This document shows, piece by piece, positions 1 through 9,600 of a DNA stretch of 64,000 nt. The stretch lies in the NCBI GenBank assembly GCA_964234715.1, contig OZ174286.1; one strand, written 5' to 3'. The stretch is from Podarcis melisellensis. Lineage: Eukaryota. The first letter of the stretch is position 1; every line of letters begins with the position of its first letter. The notes beneath the pieces were generated by a model. The model ran no database searches. It was not told the DNA's origin and saw only the letters and a list, made by a program, of their open reading frames with translations. A program made the translations under genes and the position numbers.

Positions 1-540
1 AACCTTAAATTGAAAAAGAAAGAAAACCCTGCCAGTCTTTATTTTCCGACCACTTCTATAAACTGTCCGAGAAGTGGGGCTAGCAGGTTGTTCCACAGTA
101 ATCAAAGGCCGTATGTATCCCTAATATTACCTGGTTCCTATTCAGTTTCTTTTTTAATGCCTCCGAAAAAGGTAGAACATTACGCTAAATAATACTTCAT
201 GTCCATCTGCCTTCCCTTTCTTTTGAGACCTATTTCAACACTACTCATCAAGTCTTGAATGGTACCCTTCATAGCTTATTGGTTTGCTAATTTTATAGCA
301 ATTGTGTCACGTTGCATTGCTGAAAATTTGAACTCTTTATTGTTGTTAGAATTGCTATTGACTAAAATTGATGGTGTGCTGTTGTCTCCTTTTCCTCCCC
401 TCACCCTCCTGCTTTGTCTTTTAGGAATTTCCTTTGAGCACCGCTGGAATGCATTTGGAGATGCGATGACTCCTGCCTTTCTCTCCCATGTCTTCTCGTT
501 TTGTCGTTGAATTGGTACAGAAGAAACTGTTTCGGAGACC

Positions 541-633
541 ATGACTGAAGAAAAGAATCTTGGTGTGTCTCAGAAAGTCTTGTCGCCTTCAAGAAGTACC
601 AGCAGCTGCTCCTCTAAGCAGGGGAGTAGACAG
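541..633 (+). CDS. OSBPL3: OSBPL3 coding exon 1 (exon probably begins at 425 after ttttag)
   Basis: ATG 541, [31 protein letters not shown], donor CAG/gtaaat. Confidence 0.95.
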
Positions 634-3600
634 GTAAATATAAAGTGTTTTTATCATCCCCATTGTGGTGTAGTGGTTAAGAGCAGTAGACTCGTAATCT
701 GGTGAACTGGGTTCGCTTCCCTGCTCCTCCATATGCTGGGTGACCTTGGGCCAGTCACACTTCTTTGAAGTCTCTCAGCCCCACTCACCTCACAGAGTGT
801 TTGTTGTGGAGGAGGAAGGGAAAGGAGATTGTTAGCCGCTTTGAGACTCCTTAAGGGGAGTGAAAGGCAGGATATCAAGTCCCAACTCTTCTTCTCCTTT
901 GTTTAACACCACTGATTGAAAAATATAGATCAAGATCTGTATAGAAATAGAGATCAAGGTTGGAAACCTGTGGCCCCCCAGCTGTTGTTGGTATGACCAA
1001 TGGTCAGGGATGATGGGAGTTGTAGTCCAACAACCTCTGGAGGTACCACTGTTTCCCCACTCCTGTTGCAGATGATTCACTACCTGATTGCTTGCCCTTT
1101 TTCACTGTTTCTGGTACTTAGGATTAATTCACATGACCAAGCTGGTGTTCAGAGTATGTGGGTTGAGTTGATCTGTAGTGAGTTGGTTCTGCCTTGGTTT
1201 CACACAACAGGCCAAGTTCACAACCTGGCTTTCAGTAACATTTTAATTGGCACTGCTAGTTCCCCCACCCCCTGCCGTGGATTTCAATACAGTGGTACCT
1301 CAGGTTACGTATGCTTCAGGTTACATACTGTGATGGGACGATGAGCTGCTTGTGCGTAAAATGCAAGTCCCTCAGAGTTTGATCAGGCTTTCAAACCTCT
1401 GCCTGTGACGGAGCCCCTCCAGCATGGCTGCGTCAATCACTAGTAGAATCCGAAAGTGGCTGCTTTCGGAAACGTTTCCAACATAAAAGCTCCTTAACGG
1501 AAACACGTCGTCTGGCCTCTCGGCGTGACAGTTTCCGTCGAGGTGTGGGTGTCCCTATAGGAGGTCCTGAGACCTCCCCACTGGTTTCGCTTGAAGCGTC
1601 TCTGAGCCATCCCTCCGACTCACTTTCCCTTGGATTTCTTGCTCGCCCTCTACTGGTTCCCTCTTCCGCTGCTACTGCTCTCTCACCCTCAGTGAGCCTT
1701 TGCGCCTCCGGCGCTTTAGATGTCAGTTCCCTGACATCCACCTCCCCTCCAGGGCCCCCTTCACCCCCTCCCGTCTCCTCTCCTACTGGCGGTGAGGAGG
1801 TAAAACCCTTGAAAGAACCTCCCTCATCTTCCGACGTCGCGAACACTTCCTTCCACTTGTTGCTGTTCCTACTCTCTAGGTACTCTTCGTCATCAGAGTC
1901 CACTCCCTCTTCCAACTCCGACTCCGCGAACCCTTCCATTTCCTCTTCCTCATCGGTGGTGCCGAAATACTCCCTCCTAAACCTTGCTATCGGCTGAGGT
2001 TTCCTCGGGAACCTTTGATGGAACGTTTCTGTTAAAACCTCGTCATTGACTTCCTGCGCACTTACCCAGGTGTTTTCTGACTCCGGTTCCCCTTCCCACG
2101 CCACTAAATACTCCACCTGATTTCCCTTCCACCTGGAATCGAGGATTTCCGCTACATGGTTGCGGCGTTCCCTCTCTTCCAAGGCTGGTCCCCTGACGTG
2201 CTCCCCTTCACCTCCTCCCCTGTATGGTGACAGTAACGACCTGTGGAACACTGGGTGCAATTTCATGTGATTGGGTAATCGGAGTTTGAAAGCTGCCGGG
2301 TTGACCTGCTGAATCACCTCAAAGGGTCCCAATCTTCTGGGCCTCAGTTTCTTACAACCCCCTTTGAACGGCAACCCTTGGGTTGACAACCACACTTGAT
2401 CCCCCACCCTTATGGTTTCACCTTCCCTTCTGTTCTTGTCTGCCTGCTTCTTATATTGTGCCTTAGCCCTTTCTAAGTTGAGCTGGAGCTGCTGATGGAT
2501 GGCTTCCATCTCTTCTACAAAATGTTCAGCCGCTGGGACGCTCCATCTCTCCCCTCCTTCCCCTGAAAATGCCCTGGGGTGACACCCGTAATTAGCCAAA
2601 AAGGGACTCATCCCTGTGGACACATTCTCCGCATTATTGTAGGCAAATTCTGCCAACGCCAACTTTTCGACCCAATCGTTCTCTCTGTCATTGACATAAC
2701 ACCTAAGATATTGTTGAAGAATGCCATTTGCCCTTTCCGCCTGCCCGTTGGTTTCAGGGTGCCGGGCAGTTGAAAAATTGACTTCCACGTGTAACAAGCT
2801 CATGAGCTTCCTCCAGAACCTGGAAGTAAATTGTTTGCCTCGATCTGAGATCACCCTCGAGGGAGCCCCGTGCAACCTAAAGATATGTTCCACAAACAAC
2901 TTCGCCGTTTCTTCCGCTGTGACTGCATGTGAGCATGCTACAAAGTGGCACATCTTAGTTAACAGGTCTACTACTACCATGATGGCTGTTTTCCCCTTGG
3001 ACCTTGGCAGATCCGTCATAAAATCTATTGATATCGCTTCCCAAGGCCGTTCTGGTGTGGGTAAAGGTTCTAATAACCCTGCCGGCGCCCTTCTTTCCCC
3101 TTTGGCTCGCTGACATTGGTCACACCCTCTTACATACTCCCTTACATCTTCCCTCACCTTAGGCCACCAAAATTCCCTGGTAACCAACCACATGGTCTTG
3201 TGTTGCCCAAAATGTCCCGCCGTGGGGCTATCATGCAACTGCTTGAGTACTCTCCCCCTCAATTCACCTTCGGGTATATACAGTGCCCCTTTGTAATACA
3301 ATGCCCCATTTCTTTCCTCAAAACCTCCGGGGCTCTCGCCCTCCCCCCTGAGACCTCTGAGCTTATCCTGGGCATATTCATCATTTTCCGTTTCCTCCAC
3401 CAGTTCTCGTTGCCCCACCATCGCCGCCCCACACACCCAGCGGTCCTCCGGGATGACATGTCTCTCTTCGATCACCCCCTCCCCTTCCCAATATTCTGGT
3501 TTGCGTGAGAGCGCGTCCGCCCTGACGTTTTCTGGGCCTGGCACATAACAAATCTCAAAGTTAAATTTGGAGAATTCCTGTGCCCATCTCACTTGTCGTT

Positions 3601-6600
3601 GGTTGAGCACTCGAGCTGTTCTCCAATACTCTAAATTTTTGTGGTCGGTGCACACTTGCACCTTGTGTTGTGCCCCAATTAATAAATGTCTCCACCTCCG
3701 GAATGCTTCGTGAATGGCAAGTAGTTCCCTGTCATACACCGTGTAATTCCTCTCGGACTTATTCAGCTTCCGCGAGAAGAAGGCACACGGTCTCCACTCC
3801 GACGCACTCCTCCCCGGTTGAAGAAGGACCGCCCCTACCGCCCGGTCGGATGCATCTGTTTCCACTCTCATGGGTTTTCGTAAATCCACATGCAGAAGTT
3901 GTTCTTCCGAGGCGAAAGCCCTTTTCAGTTCTTCAAAGGCTCGATCCGCCTCTGCCGTCCAAACAAATTTCTTCTTGCTGCTGAGACAGTCGGTGATGGG
4001 CGCCGTCAAGTGGGCAAAGTTCTTGATGAACTTCCGATAAAAGTTCCCAAATCCCAAGAATCTTTGCACGTCCTTCTTGGTCTTCGGTGTCTTCCATTCC
4101 AGTACCGCTTGGACCTTGCCTGGATCCATGGCCAATCCCTTGTCTGACAAGCGGTACCCCAGGAATTCCACCTCCTTGGTATGAAACTGGCACTTCTCCA
4201 GTTTCACCCACAGCTGGTTGGCTTGCAGCCTGCCCAACACTTCTCGAACGTCCCTCACATGCTGTTCCTCATTTTCCGAATACACCAACACGTCGTCTAA
4301 AAAGGCCACACAATTCTTGTAGAGCAAAGGTCCCAGAACGTGGTTTATAAAAGCTTGAAAACACGCGGAGCCCCCTTGTAGACCGAAGGGCATAACGAGG
4401 TATTCAAAGGCTCCCAACGGGGTAAACATGGTGGTCTTCCATTCATCTCCCTTCCTTATGCGTATCAGATTGTACGCCCCCCGCAGGTCCAGTTTTGTAA
4501 AAATCTTTCCCTTCCTTACTCTGGTCAAAATGTCATCAATTCGGGGCATAGGGAAAGCCAGGGGCTCCGACACTGCATTGAGGGCCCTGAAGTCACACAC
4601 CAGTCTCGGTTTGTCTGTGTTCTTTTTGTCCACAAAAAACACTGGGCTGCCCCCCACCGCTCGGGACTCTCTGATGAAACCTCGCTTCAAGTTTTTGTCA
4701 ATGAACTCCCTCAGCTCCTGCATCTCCCTGTCTGACATGGCGTACAGCTTGCCTACTGGGAGTTGGGCCCCTGGGAGTAGGTTGATTTGACAGTCAAAGG
4801 GTCTATGCGGTGGCAGTTTGTCTGCTTCCCTTTCGCTGAATACGTTGCTCAGATCTGCGTATTGCGGGGGCACCTTCCCTTTGTCCATCACTTCCATCCC
4901 CGCTAGGGTGACTCTGTCTCCTCCCGAAACCTTCCCCTCCTTGCAGTGTTCTAGGCAATGCGCTGACCCAAAGGAGACCACCCTCTGATGCCAGCCCACT
5001 AGCGGATCGTGTAGCGCCAGCCAGCTCATCCCCAAAATGATGGGCGCTCCTCCCAGGATGGCCACATTAAACGCTATCTGTTCGGTGTGCCTTGCCACTC
5101 TCATTATCATCGGGACAGTCTGTTGGCTAACTTCTCCCCCCAACAGCTCTCTGCCGTCAATCGTAGTCACCTGCAAGGGGTTACTTAAAGGGATAGTCTG
5201 TATCTGGTGCTCAGCTGCAAACTCCTTACTCATGAAATTACAGGAGCTGCCTGAATCCAAAAGCGCCTTGACCTTTAGTGGGTGTCCGTTTGGCAGTTCT
5301 AGTAACACCTCTATCACTAAAGCGGGTCTGGGGGGTTCTGGCATGGGCACTTTCATTGCTCTTTGGCCTGGCTGCTGTGCCCCAACGGTGGCAGCCAGGC
5401 GTTGGCTTTTACTTGCTCCTTGCCTTCCTCTTCCTTTCCCCCAACAGCTCCTGCCATCCCTTGCCATTCCTTTCTTTGTGGGCAAACTCTGGCAAAGTGC
5501 CCTGGCTGTTGGCAGAGATAACATCTCTTGGCGCTCTTTCCCTCCTTCTTCCGCCCTTCACTGGGATTTGAAACTGCGCGCGCCCGCGCTGTTCCAAATT
5601 CCATCGGCTCTGCCGGCGGGAAAGGTGGCTCTGGAATGTCTGGAATGCGGAACTCCCTCCAACGGTCTCCTTTCCCTTCCCGCTTTTCCATAGCCCTCGC
5701 CTCCTGGCGCGCTCCTATGGCCAGCGCAGATTTGGTTAACTGGTCCATAGACTCCGCCCTGGGGCCCCGGGAAAGCTCATCTTTGACGGTTGAAGAAAGC
5801 CCCTCTTCGAAAAGCATTTGGATGGGCTCCGCCGATAGGTCCCACCCCAATTTGTGAATCAACATGGTAAATTCAGTCCAGTACTCACGGACAGATCTGC
5901 TTCCTTGCTGGCAAGCCATTAACTGCCTTCGCACCACCCCCTGCTCAATATCGCTGGAAAACATCAGGTCCATGGCACGAAAAAACTTCCTCGTGTCCTT
6001 TAAGATCTCATTATTCGCTGCCATCAGGGGTCTAACCCAATCTTTCGCCCCGGATTCGAGATGGCCAATCACATACGCCACTCGCGATTCCTCATCGGGG
6101 AAGTCATCAAACTGCAAGTTTAGAGCGTATTGCATCTCTGTTCTAAAGGCATGATAGTTCCTGGGATCCCCCCCGAATTTCTGCACCAATCCTGGCACCT
6201 TTCTGGCGAGCGGGGTGGTTTTCTCCTTTCCCTTTTCTGCATCCTGAGCCCTCCTCTCCTCAAGCCTCGCCGTTTGCAGCGCCAACTGGATCTCCAACGC
6301 CCTGTACCTTTCTTCCAGGCTTGGACCTCCTCCAGCTGCTCCTGCTTCCCCGGTTCCGGCTGGATTGCTCATGATGCTTCTCCCTGCACAAGCTGGCTTT
6401 CGGAGACTTTCGGATTGCTGTGATGGGACGATGAGCTGCTTGTGCGTAAAATGCAAGTCCCTCAGAGTTTGATCAGGCTTTCAAACCTCTGCCTGTGACG
6501 GAGCCCCTCCAGCATGGCTGCGTCAATCACTAGTAGAATCCGAAAGTGGCTGCTTTCGGAAACGTTTCCAACATAAAAGCTCCTTAACGGAAACACGTCG

Positions 6601-9600
6601 TCTGGCCTCTCGGCGTGACAGTTTCCGTCGAGGTGTGGGTGTCCCTATAGGAGGTCCTGAGACCTCCCCACTGGTTTCGCTTGAAGCGTCTCTGAGCCAT
6701 CCCTCCGACTCACTTTCCCTTGGATTTCTTGCTCGCCCTCTACTGGTTCCCTCTTCCGCTGCTACTGCTCTCTCACCCTCAGTGAGCCTTTGCGCCTCCG
6801 GCGCTTTAGATGTCAGTTCCCTGACACATACGCTTCAGGTTACAGACTCCTCTAACCCAGAAATAGTACCTTGGGTTAAGAACTTTGCTTCAGGATGAGA
6901 ACAGAAATACGGAGCCATGGCAGCAGTGGGAGGCCCCATTGGCTAAAGTGGTACCTCAGGTTAAGCACAGTTTCAGGTTAAGAACGGACCTCCAGAACGA
7001 ATTAAGTTCTTAACCTGAGGTACCACTGTAGTAATATTTCATTTTCAATTGTGCCAGAAAGTACATTTGTATAAAAGAGAACATGATGACACATTCTTAG
7101 GCTGTGTGTGGTTGAGCGGAGACGTATAAAAAAATTGGCCATGTATGCATGCTATAGATAATTGCAGACCAGATAAGGAAAGTCGATTATGCAAGGACAT
7201 AAGAGCGTGCTGGATCAGGCCAGTGGCACTTCTAGTTCAGCTTCCTGTTTTCTCAGTGACCAACCCGTTGCCTGTGGGAAACCTGCAAGCAGGACCTGAG
7301 TTAGTGCAAAAAACAATCTTCTCTCCTGCAGGTTCCAGATAATATGGTTTCATATTATCATGGCCCCTTGCAAATTCCTTTAGAAAACCAAGATCATGTT
7401 GATACTGGCTTTCGTTGTAAAGATCTACCAAAATCCATGGCACTTACCACACATCCGCACTTGAGTGGACGTTCAGAATTTGGTCACACACTTGGAATCC
7501 TAAGGACTGGAACCTTTTTTAACAATCAAAAGAGGCAGAAGAGGGGGGTATGATGGATTAACCAAAGATCTGTATCATCCATTGTTTTGTTTCTAAATGC
7601 TAGCCATCCAAATGCTTCTGGGAAGCTTATAAGTTCACTCTTGTTTGCTCCCAGCATCTGTTACTTAAAAGAGAGAGAAAGGGAGATTCTGAGCACAAAG
7701 ATCTCATATTAAAGTGAAACCTGAGATTCTCAAATACATTTCTGAATGTTTATAAAGTAAAAATACACATGCATATAATTTTGAATCAAAATCAGTGCAA
7801 GAACCCACACACCCCAATGCAATTCCTTATTTATGAATATTTAGAGATTTAGCAAGACTTGCACTTTTCCTCTTCTGTTCCATTTGGCGTAGTTGCCCAC
7901 CCCCACCCCCCTTTCAAGCACATACAAATACTGGTTTTAGCCGGACTTTCTGCTTTCTTATTAACCGGCCAAGTTGTCTGGGAACATTTCCCACTTTTTC
8001 ACACTGTCTGTGCCGCTGATCAGATTAAGTAAATCAGATTATGTGGAAGAAGACTGTATAAACAGCTTCAAGGGATAACAGGAAGTGGGCAGACATTTTG
8101 TTTATGTTTTGACGCATCCCTTTCCAGTGGTTGGGCGCAAGGAAATATCTCTGCTGTTAGGGTTGCCAGGGCAACCAGGATATGGGATTTATCCTCGGCT
8201 GAAGCCCAATCTGTCTACGGTTGGATTTGGTCACTTTATTAAACACCTCCCTATGTTGTCTGCATGAAGGGGGGCACCACGTGATTATTGGGGAGTTGGG
8301 GTGCACTCCCGGTCCCCATGCTGCCTGTCTCTGCTGGGGACATCCATATTTTAGTGTGGTTGTCTGTAATGAAGAAGCCCATGCACAAGTAGCCATTGAG
8401 GCTGGCCCATTGAGATAAATGGGGCACTGCCTTACCAACCTCAACCAGCTTACACCTGCCTGCCTTCTTTCTTACATCCTGTCACAGGGTGTCTCTTCCT
8501 GTTCTTGGCTTTGGCTCCCCCTACTGTTGGTCTTCCTGCCGTCTGCCCTATCAGTCCCAATTGAGGACAAACCACCACTGCGATCATCTGCTTCTGCCTA
8601 GGTGTCATGTACTGAGTTGAATAGGATCCAAATGCAGCAGTCTGATTGGTCCTAGAACAATCCAGCAGTATGATTGGTCCACAGGAGCCACTCAATCCAG
8701 CTCCAGATGGAAGTGAATCCACAACCTGATTGGCCTACAGGAGAATCCCGGAATTAGCCAATCACATGCAGCCAATTGTGTAAATAATGTATATAAAGCA
8801 GATATTTTGGGGGAACTTCCATTCCTCCTCACCACTATGAGCTGGATAAAGAGCATGAAATCCACTCTCGACTCCGAGTATATTTCAGTAGGCTTCCAAC
8901 ACAATCGGGAAAAGAATAATTGAGAGCCCCTATCTTTGAACTCCAGGACAAAGCATACCTTTGTGGTAACTTTTCCAAACTGGCTTTCCAACTTGCTTAG
9001 TTTTATTGGACAAAGTGCAGAACATGTGTAGCAAATCTTCAGCTGGCGGTGGATACCCCCAAACAAGTCTGGAACGTTCATGAATTAAGTTTCAAGCACG
9101 GAAGTGTGGTGTTAAATAAAGCTATATGAGACTATTGATTGTCACTTTAGTTTTGGCACAGCGCGGCCTTTCAATATAACTTGGGTGCTGAGCATTGTTC
9201 ACAGTACATGGTGGAGGTAACCAGAACAAACCAGCCATGCCTACTCTTTTTTAAAAACCATGCTCATTTATTTCAGGGAATGGGAAGGCTGTGCTCAATG
9301 CCCATCTGTCCCAGAACAAAGAACCTCTGAAATGTCCCCATGCCACATCCCTACTAATGCTATGGTAGATTTGTTGGGTGCAGAGAGGTTTCTCACATCT
9401 CTTTCCAGTTCAGTCCTTTTAAATGTATTGTGTGGTGGGGGTTGTTGTGTTGTCTTTGTTCTTATTTTTAGCATGCATCTTGTGTTTTTTTTAATATTGT
9501 AATTTTATGCTGTGAGCCGCCCTGAGATCTACGGGTATAGGGAGGCACAAAAAATTAATTAATTAATTAATTAATTAATTAAAAAAAGTAAGCATATTCC

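Larger units (their letters stand above)
1329..6826 (-). mobile_element. Full-length Ty3/Gypsy chromovirus LTR retrotransposon (sushi/Tf1-like), intact
   Basis: Two 408-bp TG..CA LTRs, 5-bp TSD CATAC (1324-1328, 6827-6831), intact gag and pol in PR-RT-RH-IN-chromodomain order, PPT present. Confidence 0.98.
1290..7028 (+). mobile_element. Tc1/mariner (Tigger/pogo-like) MITE, about 236 bp, split by the Gypsy insertion (1290-1328 + 6832-7028)
   Basis: TIRs CAGTGGTACCTCAGGTTA / TAACCTGAGGTACCACTG, TA TSD; uninterrupted sister copies in the window. Confidence 0.9.

Noticed and set aside
4284-4310. RT active site FLDD instead of YxDD
   Set aside because: FxDD variants are common among chromoviruses, so this is not evidence of novelty or inactivity
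5357-5524. ORF-track start of pol at 5524
   Set aside because: Non-ATG start inside gag; the frame is simply open across the overlap
1545-6423. Numerous + strand ORFs over the retrotransposon (e.g. 1545..1997, 5037..5693)
   Set aside because: Antisense shadows of gag/pol with no recognisable domains
6373-6456. Gag N-terminal extension from an ATG inside the LTR
   Set aside because: Lies in U5/PBS; MSNPAG at 6372 is the more plausible start, though upstream use is not excluded
8075-8600. Overlapping ORFs upstream of the LTR-like element
   Set aside because: No recognisable retroelement or host protein motif
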